A stretch of DNA of 64,000 nt from Dehalococcoidia bacterium (GTDB lineage Bacteria > Chloroflexota > Dehalococcoidia > Plut-88900). Below the pieces are notes generated by a model. It ran no database searches. It was not told the origin of the DNA and saw nothing but the letters and a program-made list of their open reading frames with translations. The stretch is taken from positions 32,001 to 96,000 of the forward strand of contig CBDBLV010000004.1 of NCBI GenBank assembly GCA_965207225.1, read 5' to 3'. Position 1 is the first letter of the stretch. Each line of letters opens with the position of its first letter. Below are positions 38,382-48,171 of this stretch, in pieces. Position numbers and translations under genes: made by a program.

Positions 38382-39521
38382 ATGAAAGATTACGTAGCCG
38401 TTGACGTGGACGGGCACATCATGGAGCCGCCCGACCTCTTCGAAAGGAATCTGGAGCCGAAATATCGTGACAGGGCATACAAGCTGGTGGTGGACGATGA
38501 GGGTATCGAGCATCCGGTGATGGACAACGTGTGGCTGGACGACACCCGGCCCCCGGGGACGGTTTCCGTGTACGGGGCAGTGGACAAGCCGATAGAAGAC
38601 TACCTGGGGGCGAAGGTGCACTACCGAGAGTCGATGGTGCCCGGGGCATGGGTGCCCGAAGCGCGGCTGAAAGTAATGGACGAGGAGGGCATAGACATAG
38701 CGCTTTTTTACCCTTCGCTGGGGCTGGACTGGGAGAGCTCTTGCGATGACGCCGACCTCGTTGCGGCACATTGCCGGGTGTACAACGACTGGCTAATCGA
38801 CTTTTGCAAGACTGACCCGAACAGGCTGGTGCCAATTGCCCACATTTCCTTCATGGACGTGGAGCAGGCGGTGGAGGAGACGCGTCGGGTGGCGGGGTTG
38901 GGGGCGAAGGGTCTGATGATGCTTGCGTTCCCGCCACGCAACGGGCAACCGTACGGTGAGCCGGTCTACGATCTGATCTGGGCGGAGGCGGAGAGCCTCG
39001 GGTTGCCAGTGGGGATTCACGTACACGGGGGCGGGACACGGTTCGGCGGGGACTACTTCTACCCGCACCCGTGGAAGGCATCCTGGTGGTGGTGGTTCGT
39101 GACCGCGGGAGAGTTCGTCATCGATTCGTTTACGTCGATGTTCCAGGGCGGGATGTTCGACAGGTTCCCGAACCTGCAGGTTATTGCGCTGGAGTCGGGG
39201 TGCGGGTGGCTGGCGTACTGGCTGGAGCGGATGGACGAATATTTCGAGAGGTACGGCTTCGAGACTCCGATGCAACTGGACAGGCCCAGCGAGTATTTCC
39301 ACCGGCAGTGCTGGATCTCCATGGAGCCGAGCGAGAAGATCGGGCTGACGATGATGCAGCTGCTGGGGGCGGACCGGTTTTTGTGGGCGTCGGATTATCC
39401 GCATTCGGATGCTGAGATGGGGACAGTGGCGCAGCTGAAGAGAAACCTGGCCGATCTGCCCGATTCGGAGTTCAGGAAGGTGCTGGGGGAGAATGCGGTG
39501 AGGTTGTATGGTCTTTCGTGA
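38382..39521 (+). CDS. Amidohydrolase family 2 protein
   Basis: DVDGHIMEP, MDEEGID..FYPS, YNDWL, FDRFPNL, ESGCGW, ASDYPHSD. Confidence 0.92.
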   Translation: MKDYVAVDVDGHIMEPPDLFERNLEPKYRDRAYKLVVDDEGIEHPVMDNVWLDDTRPPGTVSVYGAVDKPIEDYLGAKVHYRESMVPGAWVPEARLKVMDEEGIDIALFYPSLGLDWESSCDDADLVAAHCRVYNDWLIDFCKTDPNRLVPIAHISFMDVEQAVEETRRVAGLGAKGLMMLAFPPRNGQPYGEPVYDLIWAEAESLGLPVGIHVHGGGTRFGGDYFYPHPWKASWWWWFVTAGEFVIDSFTSMFQGGMFDRFPNLQVIALESGCGWLAYWLERMDEYFERYGFETPMQLDRPSEYFHRQCWISMEPSEKIGLTMMQLLGADRFLWASDYPHSDAEMGTVAQLKRNLADLPDSEFRKVLGENAVRLYGLS

Positions 39522-39609
39522 GGCGACATAACGGATGGAAGACTGGGGGGTCAGTGAGAGTGTGCGGTGTTGAGACTGCACATAACGCATACGCTATGCA
39601 AAACAGATA

Positions 39610-39692
39610 ATCACTCTCACCCCAGCCCTCTTTCTTGACGGGATAGGGGACCGGACCCCGCCCCAGATTCCTCGCGGGGCATCGGAATGACA
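39610..39692 (+). repeat. Composite REP-like element (family A + family B)
   Basis: TCACTCTCACCCCAGCCCTC.. followed by AGATTCCTCGCGGGGCATCGGAATGACA. Confidence 0.75.
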
Positions 39693-39740
39693 GTTGGGCG
39701 AATGCGCTGTCGAAATTCGAAGATTTAAATTGGAGGAGTT

Positions 39741-40646
39741 ATGCCGAAGATAGGGCTGGTGGGGCTGGGGGTTATCGGGCAGATCTATGCCGTCAACTTG
39801 ATAAAAGCCTTTGGCCCCATAAATGTCTACGACGTGGACCGGCCTCACATGGCGGTGGCCAGAAGCCTAGGAGGGATAGTGTGTGAGAGTGGGGAGGAAC
39901 TGGCAGCAGCGTCGGAGGTCGTTGTCCTGGCACTGCCCAACCCCGAGGCAGTACGAGCCGCAATGGGTAAACAGAACGGCCTGCTGGAGGGTGCAGTACC
40001 CGGAACCGTCATAGTGGACCTGAGCACAATTGACCCTATGACGGCATTGGAAATGTTTCAGGTTGCCAAAGAGCAGGGTGTGGACTACCTGGACTCGCCG
40101 ATAAGCGGGGGTCAGCCAGGCGGGGCGGGAACGGACGGGGCAAGGGCGGCGAACGTGACGTTCATGGTAAGCGGGGACAAGGCAGCGTTTGAAAGGGCGA
40201 GACCGGTGATGGAGGCCTTGGGCGAGAAATTCTTCTTCCTCGGCAAGGCCGGAACGGGGACTAGAGTGAAGCTGTTGAGCAATTTCGTGAGCGGGATGGT
40301 GAACCTGATTTCGGCGGAGGCTTTTGCTCTCGGGGCGGCGGCGGGTATCGACGCCAAGACGTTGATGGATGTGTTCGACGAGACGGATGCGGACTGCTAT
40401 TTCATGCAGAACTACGTGCGGCCCCGGATTGAACGGGGTGACTTCGAGCCGGGTTTTTCCATTGACTTGCAATACAAAGACCTGCGGCTGATGAGTGAGT
40501 GGGCACGGGAGGAGGGAATCCCCGTGCCTATCAATGACCTAGGCGTGCAGCTGTACCAGATGGCTCGGGCAGCGGGGCTTGGAGGGAAGGACCTGGTGGA
40601 GTCGGTGAATTATTGGGCACGGGTGTCGGGGATTGAGACTCCCTAA
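39741..40646 (+). CDS. NAD(P)-dependent beta-hydroxyacid dehydrogenase (3-hydroxyisobutyrate dehydrogenase family)
   Basis: IGLVGLGVIG, VDLSTIDP, LDSPISGG, KLLSN, FEPGFSIDLQYKDL. Confidence 0.9.
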   Translation: MPKIGLVGLGVIGQIYAVNLIKAFGPINVYDVDRPHMAVARSLGGIVCESGEELAAASEVVVLALPNPEAVRAAMGKQNGLLEGAVPGTVIVDLSTIDPMTALEMFQVAKEQGVDYLDSPISGGQPGGAGTDGARAANVTFMVSGDKAAFERARPVMEALGEKFFFLGKAGTGTRVKLLSNFVSGMVNLISAEAFALGAAAGIDAKTLMDVFDETDADCYFMQNYVRPRIERGDFEPGFSIDLQYKDLRLMSEWAREEGIPVPINDLGVQLYQMARAAGLGGKDLVESVNYWARVSGIETP

Positions 40647-40669
40647 CAGAAACTGAAGCCCAGACCGGG

Positions 40670-41812
40670 CTATAGGCCGTAGAGACGGGCGCAGTTGTCC
40701 CAGAGGATCTTACGGAGGCTTTCGCGTGGGAAGTCGAGGGTGAGGAGCATATCGACGGACTTGGGGTAGCGGCTGTCGGGGTGGGGATAGTCGGTGGAGA
40801 AGACGATATTGTCGTCGCCGAGCCAGTCGATGGTGTATTTGCCGGGCTCTTCGTCGGCCTCCACGGAGGTGAAGCACTGGCGCTTGAAGTAGTCGGAGGG
40901 CATGTGGGGCATTTTGTCCTTCAGGGCTGACTCCCGGTGTTCGTAGTGCTCGTCCATGCGCCATATCCAGAAGGGCGCCCAGCTACAGTTGCCCTCCAGG
41001 AAGGCGAACCGGACGCCCGGGAATCGCTCCGTGACGCCGCCCATGATGATGGCGAGGCAGGCATACATCTGCTCGATGGGGTGGGCAGCAAGGTGCTCGG
41101 TGGTCCAGAGGTTTTCGTGGTGGCCATCGAAGCGTTCACCCATGGCTACGGGGAGCTCACAGGGGGTGCCTTCGTGGAAGCCGACGGCCAGATCGTGAGT
41201 CTGACACTCGGCCCATAGGCGGTCATAGTAGGGGTGGTTCCAGTTACGGCCCTGGACTGGATTAGGTCGGAGGAAGATGCTCCTGAAAGCGTAGTCATTG
41301 GCGACGCGTCGGGTCTCGGTGACGGCGGCGTCGATGTTCTGGGCGGGGACCATGCCGGAGCCAAACATCCTGGTGGGGCTGCCCTGGCAGAACTCAGCGA
41401 GCCAGTCGTTGTAAGCGCGAGAGATAGCCGCAGCAAGATCATCGTCGTCGTAGACCTTGGCGTGGGCGAAGAGGCCCATGGAAGGGAAGAGAAGGGCGAG
41501 GTCAAGACCCTCGGCGTCCATGGCCTCAACCTGGGTGTCGGGGCCCCAGCCCCGGTCCTGGAAGGAGAGAAACTCGTCGAGGCGGCCGTAGCGCCTGGCA
41601 AGGTCGACGTACATGTCGCCTTCGTCGGCGAAGTTGTCCTGATCCCGGGCGATGACGCGGCCATCGTGCTTGAGGCGTAGATCCATGAAGTACTCTTCGG
41701 CACCGACGGGGGCATGGTCCCGGAAGTCGGGGGGCATGTAGGTCTGCCAGAGGTCGGCGGGTTCCATGACGTGCATGTCACTGTCGATGACTTTGAAGCC
41801 GTCTTTTGCCAT
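40670..41812 (-). CDS. Amidohydrolase family 2 protein
   Basis: IDSDMHVMEP, YNDWLAEFC, FLEGNCSW, STDYPHPD, DNCARLY. Confidence 0.92.
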   Translation of the reverse strand: MAKDGFKVIDSDMHVMEPADLWQTYMPPDFRDHAPVGAEEYFMDLRLKHDGRVIARDQDNFADEGDMYVDLARRYGRLDEFLSFQDRGWGPDTQVEAMDAEGLDLALLFPSMGLFAHAKVYDDDDLAAAISRAYNDWLAEFCQGSPTRMFGSGMVPAQNIDAAVTETRRVANDYAFRSIFLRPNPVQGRNWNHPYYDRLWAECQTHDLAVGFHEGTPCELPVAMGERFDGHHENLWTTEHLAAHPIEQMYACLAIIMGGVTERFPGVRFAFLEGNCSWAPFWIWRMDEHYEHRESALKDKMPHMPSDYFKRQCFTSVEADEEPGKYTIDWLGDDNIVFSTDYPHPDSRYPKSVDMLLTLDFPRESLRKILWDNCARLYGL

Positions 41813-41855
41813 TGTAGTGCCCCCTCCCTCAGGGCATTTTCCACCCTCAGGATGG

Positions 41856-42464
41856 TTACTGCAATGGGGTGATGCGCATGGCGAGGCGGGGGAGCCAGTT
41901 GCGGGGACGGGTGACTATTGGGCCTCGGACGACCTTAAAGCCGGCGCGTTGGAAGATGGGTTCGGCACCGAAGAAGATGTTGTCATCTCCCGTGCGCTCG
42001 TTTCCAGCCCTGGGGTAGGCCTCGACGGCAGGGGCGCCGTTGTCGAAGGCGTACTGGGCGGCGGCGCGAACGAGGGCCACGGCGATGCCCTGGCCCCGGG
42101 CGGCGGTGCGGACGGTGACACAGGGGATAACCCAGACGTTTTCATCGTCGACGCGGGGCGTGGCGCGTGACTTTGCGACGCGGGTGAGTTCGTCCCTGGG
42201 GGCGACGGCGGCCCAGCCGACGGGTTCTTGGCCCCGGTAGGCGAGGATGCCAGGGGCGATAGGGCGTCGGGCCAGGTCTTCCATGGCGATGCGGCGTCGG
42301 TTAGCCCCGGAGCCTTCACCGGGAAGCTTGTTCCACTGGGGTCCAGAGACCCGGGGGAACATGCACCAGCAACTACTACCCCAGCTTCCGCGGAGGACGA
42401 CTTTGAGGTCATCCATCAAGTCGGGGGTGAGGGGCTTGAAGGTGAGGGAGGTTATATTGGTCAT
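41856..42464 (-). CDS. GNAT family N-acetyltransferase
   Basis: CWCMFPR, EPVGWAAVAPR, ARGQGIAVAL (acetyl-CoA motif), VEAYP; likely start MTNITS. Confidence 0.85.
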   Translation of the reverse strand: MTNITSLTFKPLTPDLMDDLKVVLRGSWGSSCWCMFPRVSGPQWNKLPGEGSGANRRRIAMEDLARRPIAPGILAYRGQEPVGWAAVAPRDELTRVAKSRATPRVDDENVWVIPCVTVRTAARGQGIAVALVRAAAQYAFDNGAPAVEAYPRAGNERTGDDNIFFGAEPIFQRAGFKVVRGPIVTRPRNWLPRLAMRITPLQ

Positions 42465-42648
42465 CAGGCTATCTTCACAAGGGCGATTGCGGCCCGAGGG
42501 CTCCGAGTCCTTGTTGTGACCAGTAGTGCATCCAGGTAAGGCCCGCCAGTACCCAAGGCGCAATTGGGCTAAACAACGCCTAGGGTTGTGTCGACAGGGG
42601 TTGGGAGGTACCGGTTGGAAGGAGGCCTATGGCCTGATGTGACCGTTA

Positions 42649-42912
42649 TTACCAGCGGGGGCGTCGGGGCTCTTTGGGTCGGGCCCGGTCAACGGTAAGG
42701 GGTCTGCCTTTGAGCTCCTTGCCGTTAAGGGCTTGAATCGCAGCTTCACCTTCTCCATCGTCCGTCATCTCGACGAAGCCGAAACCGCGTGAGCGGCCGG
42801 AATAAGGGTCGGTAATCACGCGGGCTGAGTCGACGGCACCGTAGGGGTCGAAAGCTTCTTTCAACTCCTCATCGGTCAGACTATACGGAAGGTTGCCGAC
42901 GAAAATGTTCAT
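42649..42912 (-). CDS. RNA recognition motif (RRM) RNA-binding protein
   Basis: RNP2 NIFVGNL and RNP1 RGFGFVEM; GGAGG SD. Confidence 0.95.
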   Translation of the reverse strand: MNIFVGNLPYSLTDEELKEAFDPYGAVDSARVITDPYSGRSRGFGFVEMTDDGEGEAAIQALNGKELKGRPLTVDRARPKEPRRPRW

Positions 42913-43146
42913 GAACAGGTCCTCCAGGGCCTAGTATCTCCTGCTTCTTGGTCCATAAACGGCCGCTTAGCGCGTCCATATACAGATGCTGAAGTCGGGG
43001 TGCATTCTATCATAGAAAGAGGAAATGCAACTACCTCTCGGGGTTGTTACGCAATTGCGAAAAGTGGGGTGAGTCGGACGGAGCCGATACCCAGTTGCCT
43101 GTCCTTGAGAGCGCTGGTAATACCGGGCATGGCATGACCCGGCTCC

Positions 43147-43174
43147 AGATCCCTCACAGGGCATCGGAATGACA
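43147..43174 (+). repeat. REP-like palindrome family B copy
   Basis: AGATCCCTCACAGGGCATCGGAATGACA. Confidence 0.7.
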
Positions 43175-43288
43175 GGTTAATGCGCCGGGTTTGCGGGCAG
43201 TGGGTATAATCAGGAGCAGTCCTTGGCATTGCGATGGTCTGAATTTCAAGATTTCTGAAGACCGCCGGGTATTGGGGGAACTAGGGAC

Positions 43289-43669
43289 ATGGGTGCGCGG
43301 CGACAGTTTATAGACGTGACTTATTCGTTCTTTGTCGCGCTGGCGATTGCGCTGATCCTCTTTTTGACTGTTCACGCGGTGCAGTCCCGACCGGACATTG
43401 CCGAGGAGACGCGAGAGCGGGTAGGGTTCCTGCTGCTGTTCCCACTATCGATCGCGATAATCACTGGCACGGTCGGCTTTGGGTTGGCTCTGCTGAACTG
43501 GAGGGAGTGGCGCCTGCTGCTCCTGGCATTCCTAGGCGTGGGGAGCCTGTTGAACGCGATACTCGACGTGTCCGATGCGCTGACGTACTTTGTGGTGGCG
43601 GTTTTCCTGGCGGTCGGGATGTATTTCGCGCTGGAGTGGTTCGGGATCAGGAGGCGGCGCAGGGTCTAA
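43289..43669 (+). CDS. Small hypothetical membrane protein (about 4 TM)
   Basis: Four hydrophobic stretches, Arg-rich C-terminus, upstream TATAAT near 43205. Confidence 0.65.
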   Translation: MGARRQFIDVTYSFFVALAIALILFLTVHAVQSRPDIAEETRERVGFLLLFPLSIAIITGTVGFGLALLNWREWRLLLLAFLGVGSLLNAILDVSDALTYFVVAVFLAVGMYFALEWFGIRRRRRV

Positions 43670-43677
43670 GGTCGGGG

Positions 43678-44307
43678 CTAGGCGCGGAAGGCGACCATGA
43701 GGCCGTCCCGTAGGGTGAGGAGGACGTTGTTGACCCGCGGATCATTGGTAACGTAGTCGTTCAGGGCGACTATGGCCCTGTCGCTCTCATCCTTCGGGTC
43801 CAAGACCTTGCCCGACCAGAGCGTATTATCTACGGTTATGACGCCATTAGGCGAAATCAGGTCTATACACTTCTTGTAGTAGTTGAGGTAGTTGGTCTTG
43901 TCGGCGTCTATGAAGACGAGGTCGAAGGGGCCGGAGAGGGTTTCGAGGGTCTCAAGGGCAGGGCCGACGCGGAGGTCGATCTTCTTGCCGTGGGGTGATT
44001 TGGCGAAGAATTCGCGGGCGAGGGGTCTGGGTTCGATGTCGCAGGTTATGAGTTGGCCGTCGTCGGGCAGGGCGTGGGCCATCATGAGGGCGCTGAAACC
44101 GGTGAAGGTGCCGATTTCGAGGACTCGCTTTGCGCCGGAGACGCGGATGAGGGCCTGGAGGAGGGTGCCGATCATCTGGTCGGAGAGCATTTCGGCGTCG
44201 GGTGCGGAGTTGTAGGTGGCCTGCCTAAGCTCCTCCATGATGGGGGGGAGGGGGGTGGTGTGGGCGAAGGCGTAGTCGTCGATTTCTCGGGGGACGATTC
44301 CGATCAT
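43678..44307 (-). CDS. Class I SAM O-methyltransferase (caffeoyl-CoA OMT-like)
   Basis: VLEIGTFTGFSAL, FDLVFIDADK, DNTLWSG, LRDG. Confidence 0.92.
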   Translation of the reverse strand: MIGIVPREIDDYAFAHTTPLPPIMEELRQATYNSAPDAEMLSDQMIGTLLQALIRVSGAKRVLEIGTFTGFSALMMAHALPDDGQLITCDIEPRPLAREFFAKSPHGKKIDLRVGPALETLETLSGPFDLVFIDADKTNYLNYYKKCIDLISPNGVITVDNTLWSGKVLDPKDESDRAIVALNDYVTNDPRVNNVLLTLRDGLMVAFRA

Positions 44308-44332
44308 GGGATACTCCTGGGGGTGATTGGGG

Positions 44333-45466
44333 TTAGTTGAACTGGGGTATAACGCGTTCCGAGAAGAGGGCGAGGCTGCGCATCACCTGCTGGAAGCTGA
44401 GGCCGGGGAAGTTGAGGAAGAGGGCGATGTGCTGGCAGTTTAGCTCGGTACGGTAGCGTTCGATCTGTTCGGCGACTGAGTCGGGGGTGCCGACCATGAT
44501 GAGATCGTGCTTGAGCTGGAAGTCAAACCAGTCGAGGTCCAGGTCGCCGTCTTCAGTTTCTCCGTCTACAAAGGAGTCTTTGGACGCCTTCTCGGGGTCG
44601 CGCTTGTTCCAGACGCCGAGCATGTTGGCACCCGGCCTGACGGCTTCCACGGCCTCTTCCATGGTGTCAGCGACGTAGGTTGCGATCATGACGGCCAGCT
44701 TGTCACCGAAGTTGTTATCTTCGCCTCTCGATTCCCGGGCTGCGTCGTAGTAGGTGTTCCAGATCTCCCTGATCTTGCCAAGGGAGACGGTCTGGCACAT
44801 GGTGGAGATGCCGCGCTTGCCGGCCAATTCGTGAGAACTGTTGGAAGTGGACATCTGGAAGATGGGTGGGTGGGGCTTCTGGACGGGCTTTGGGTGAACG
44901 CCGAGGGCGATCATCTCACCATCCGGGGCGTGGAACCTAGAGTCGTGGGCCCAGGAGTTGGGCTCGTGCCAGCCGGGTTCCGGGAAGGTGAAGTGGTTGC
45001 CGCGATAGCTAAATGCTTCCTGTTCCCAGGCGCCGATTATCACGTCGAGGCATTCGTTGAAGTACTCGGAATTGAGTTTGGGGTTGCGGCGGTCGCCCGT
45101 GGCAGTGAACTGGGCCGAGGCGCGTGTATCGAAGCCCCGAGCGATGCCGAAGTCGACGCGTCCGTCAGTGAAGTTGTCGAGGAGAGCGATGCCCTCGGCG
45201 ACTCGAAGGGGGTGCCAGTCGGGGAGGATGGTGCCGCACTGTCCGATTCTGAGTCGGTCGCTGTTCTTTATGAGGCCCGCGCCCATGAGGATGGGGTTGG
45301 GGGAGGCACGATACCAGCCATCCCATGCGAAGTGGTGCTCGGCGAGCCAGAGGCCGGTGAAGCCGCCCTGGTCGATGAGGCGAACCTCCTGGTGCATTTC
45401 GTCCATGAGGGTGTCCCAGGCGTATTGCTCTCCGACGTGGTAGTAGGGTGTGCAGTCGAACCTCAT
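44333..45466 (-). CDS. LLM class flavin-dependent oxidoreductase (tandem paralogue 4)
   Basis: MRFDCTPYYHVGE, WLAEHHFAWDGWY, GRVDFGIARG, PVQKPHPP. Confidence 0.92.
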   Translation of the reverse strand: MRFDCTPYYHVGEQYAWDTLMDEMHQEVRLIDQGGFTGLWLAEHHFAWDGWYRASPNPILMGAGLIKNSDRLRIGQCGTILPDWHPLRVAEGIALLDNFTDGRVDFGIARGFDTRASAQFTATGDRRNPKLNSEYFNECLDVIIGAWEQEAFSYRGNHFTFPEPGWHEPNSWAHDSRFHAPDGEMIALGVHPKPVQKPHPPIFQMSTSNSSHELAGKRGISTMCQTVSLGKIREIWNTYYDAARESRGEDNNFGDKLAVMIATYVADTMEEAVEAVRPGANMLGVWNKRDPEKASKDSFVDGETEDGDLDLDWFDFQLKHDLIMVGTPDSVAEQIERYRTELNCQHIALFLNFPGLSFQQVMRSLALFSERVIPQFN

Positions 45467-45515
45467 TTGTTACCTCTTGTGCTCGTGGGGGGCGCGGGTG
45501 TGGCGAATTCCCTCA

Positions 45516-45636
45516 CCTCTCATACTTCGAGTGCCTCAGCATGAGCGGCCCAGGCCCCTCCAGGTTGGAACAGGCAAAGGTCCCGCCGAGGGGAAGGGGA
45601 CACCACCCCAGATTCCTCGCGGGCATCGGAATGACA
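45516..45636 (+). repeat. REP-like family C and family B copies between LLM paralogues
   Basis: CTTCGAGTGCCTCAGCATGAGCGG and AGATTCCTCGCGGGCATCGGAATGACA. Confidence 0.7.
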
Positions 45637-45667
45637 TTTGCCGACAGCTGCTTGACTAGAGAAGAGG

Positions 45668-46819
45668 CTAGGCATGAGAGAACCGGGGGATGATGTGTTC
45701 GGAGAAGAGGGAGAGAGACTTCATTACCTGCTGGAAGGAGAGGCCGGGGAAGTTCAGGAATAAGGCGATGTGCCGGCAGCCTGTCTGGGAGGTTATGCGT
45801 TCGATTTGCTCGGAGACGGAGTCGGGGGAGCCGACCATTATGAGGTCGTGCTTTAGCTGGAAGTCGAACCAGTCGGAGTCAAAGTCGTCATCGTCCATCT
45901 CCTCTTCAGTGAGGGTGGCGAGTCGGGCCTTGTGAGGGTTCACTGACGACCATGCTGCGAGGCGGTTGGCGCCCGGGCGGACAGCTTGGACTGCCTCTTC
46001 ATAGGTGTCGGCGATGAAGGTGGGGCGCATGACGGCAACGCCTTCGCCGGTCTGGAGCTTATAGCCGAGTCTGTCGGAGGCGGCCTGGTTGTGGGCGGCG
46101 AAGGCCTCGTTAATTCTGCCCTTGGAGAGAGAGGCGCACATGGCATTGTAGCCCTTGGCCCCGGCATAGCCGAAGGAACCGGCGGACTCGGCCATGATGT
46201 AGACCGGGGGTCGGGGCTTCTGGTAGGGGCGGGGGGTTACGCCCAAGGCAATAAGCTCACCGTCCTCTGCATGGTACTTGGGGTCTCTGATGAGCTTGTT
46301 GGTCTCGTACCAGCCGGGGGAGGGGTAAGTGAAGAACTCGCCATTGTAGGAAAAGGAGTCGTTTTCGAGGGCGGCGACAGCGATTTCGAGAATTTCGCGG
46401 AAGAGGGCGCGGTTATGGGAGGGATCAAGGCGGCGGTCGGCCTCTTTCGAGAACTGGACTGTGGAGCGGGTGTTGATTCCACGTCCGGCTCCGAAGTCGA
46501 CGCGGCCTTTAGTGAGCTGGTCGAGGAAGGCGATGTCCTCGGCGACTCGGATGGGGTTCCAGTCGGGGAGGATGGCGCCGCACTGGCCGACGCGCATCCT
46601 GTCACTCTCGGCGATGAGGTCGGCGCCGACGAGGATGGGGTCGGTCGGGGCCCGGTACCAGCCGTCCCAAGCGAAATGGTGCTCTGCGAGCCAGAGGCCG
46701 GTGAAGCCACCCTGGTCCATAAGCCGGACTTCCTCGCGCATCTCCTTGACGAGGGTGTGCCAAGAGTAGTCCTCGCCTACGTGGTAGTAGGGCGTGCTGT
46801 CGAATCTTATGCTTGACAT
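45668..46819 (-). CDS. LLM class flavin-dependent oxidoreductase (tandem paralogue 3)
   Basis: IRFDSTPYYHVGE, WLAEHHFAWDGWY, DWFDFQLKHDLIMVG. Confidence 0.92.
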   Translation of the reverse strand: MSSIRFDSTPYYHVGEDYSWHTLVKEMREEVRLMDQGGFTGLWLAEHHFAWDGWYRAPTDPILVGADLIAESDRMRVGQCGAILPDWNPIRVAEDIAFLDQLTKGRVDFGAGRGINTRSTVQFSKEADRRLDPSHNRALFREILEIAVAALENDSFSYNGEFFTYPSPGWYETNKLIRDPKYHAEDGELIALGVTPRPYQKPRPPVYIMAESAGSFGYAGAKGYNAMCASLSKGRINEAFAAHNQAASDRLGYKLQTGEGVAVMRPTFIADTYEEAVQAVRPGANRLAAWSSVNPHKARLATLTEEEMDDDDFDSDWFDFQLKHDLIMVGSPDSVSEQIERITSQTGCRHIALFLNFPGLSFQQVMKSLSLFSEHIIPRFSHA

Positions 46820-46839
46820 ATTGTGGGGCCCGGGGAAGG

Positions 46840-46880
46840 ATCACCCTCACCCTAGCCCTCTCCCGTCGAGGAAGAGGGGA
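46840..46880 (+). repeat. REP-like family A copy
   Basis: ATCACCCTCACCCTAGCCCTCTCCCGTCGAGGAAGAGGGGA. Confidence 0.78.
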
Positions 46881-46888
46881 AAGAATCT

Positions 46889-48019
46889 CTAGCTGAAGCG
46901 GGGGATTATCTTGGTGGCGGCGAGTTCCAGGGAGTGCATCACCTGCTGGAAGGAGAGGAGGGGGATGTTGAGGAAGAAGGCGAGGTGGGGGCAACCGGTC
47001 TCGGACTCCAGGCGTTCGATCTGCTCGGAGACCGTTTCGGGGGAGCCGACGAGGATGAGGTCGTGTTTTAGCTGGAAGTCGAACCAGTCGAGGTCAAGGT
47101 CACCTTCTTCAAGCTCTTCTTCACTGACCATAATCTTGCGGATTTTGTCCGGGTCGGTGGTAATCCAAGAGGCGAGGAGGTTAGTGCCTTCGCGGGCATC
47201 GGCGACGGCCTGCTCATGGGTGTCGGCTATGTAGGTGGGACGCATGACGGCCAGGTTCTGCCCATAGGGGAGGTCTCGGCCCGCAGCCTCCGAAGCGGCG
47301 TTGTTGTATGCCCGCCAAGCGTCCTTGATGCGGCCGTGGGAGATTGAGAAGCACATGGCCCCGATGCCCATCTTTGCGGAGTAGACATGGGAGCCGGCGG
47401 ATTCCACCATGTTGAAGACGGGCGGGTGGGGCCGCTGGAAAGGCCTGGGGGTGATACCAAGGGCCTTGAGCTCGCCGTCATCGTTGTGGAAGCGGGAGTC
47501 GAGGCCCAGGGGGTTGGTCTCCTTCCAGCCGGGAGCGGGGTAGGTGAAGTACTCGCCCTGGTAGGTGAGGGCCTCGTTGCGCCATGCGCCGAGGATGACT
47601 TCCAGGGTCTCGTTGAAGAGGGCGCGGTGTTCTTCATTGCGGCGGTCTGCTTCCTCACGGAACTGGATAGTGGCGCGGTTGTTGATGCCACGAGCGACGC
47701 CAAAGTCGACGCGGCCCTTAGTGAGCTGGTCGAGGAGGGCGATGTCCTCGGCGACGCGGATGGGGTTCCAGTCGGGGAGTATGGTGCCGCACTGGCCGAC
47801 ACGGAGGCGGTCGCTTTCACCTATGAGGTCGGTGCCGAGGAGGATGGGGTTTGGGGAGGCTCGGTACCAGCCGTCCCAGTGAAAGTGGTGCTCGGCGAGC
47901 CAAATGCCAGTGAATCCGCCCTGGTCCATGAGACGGACTTCTTCGCGCATTTCGTCGACGAGGGTTTCCCATTCGTAGTCTTCGCCTACGTGGTAGTAGG
48001 GGGTGGAGTCAAAGCGCAT
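46889..48019 (-). CDS. LLM class flavin-dependent oxidoreductase (tandem paralogue 2)
   Basis: MRFDSTPYYHVGE, WLAEHHFHWDGWY, DWFDFQLKHDLILVG. Confidence 0.92.
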   Translation of the reverse strand: MRFDSTPYYHVGEDYEWETLVDEMREEVRLMDQGGFTGIWLAEHHFHWDGWYRASPNPILLGTDLIGESDRLRVGQCGTILPDWNPIRVAEDIALLDQLTKGRVDFGVARGINNRATIQFREEADRRNEEHRALFNETLEVILGAWRNEALTYQGEYFTYPAPGWKETNPLGLDSRFHNDDGELKALGITPRPFQRPHPPVFNMVESAGSHVYSAKMGIGAMCFSISHGRIKDAWRAYNNAASEAAGRDLPYGQNLAVMRPTYIADTHEQAVADAREGTNLLASWITTDPDKIRKIMVSEEELEEGDLDLDWFDFQLKHDLILVGSPETVSEQIERLESETGCPHLAFFLNIPLLSFQQVMHSLELAATKIIPRFS

Positions 48020-48171
48020 TCGTTGTCTCCCGGGTCAGGTGTCCGATGCGAGAACAAAGGAGGGGGCCGCCGGGGCGATTATATACCATGGACACTCTAA
48101 AGGTGCGTGTAGGAAGCAGTCAGGCGAGCACCATCCCTCTGGATTCCTGGCTCCGCAGGAATGCCGAGACC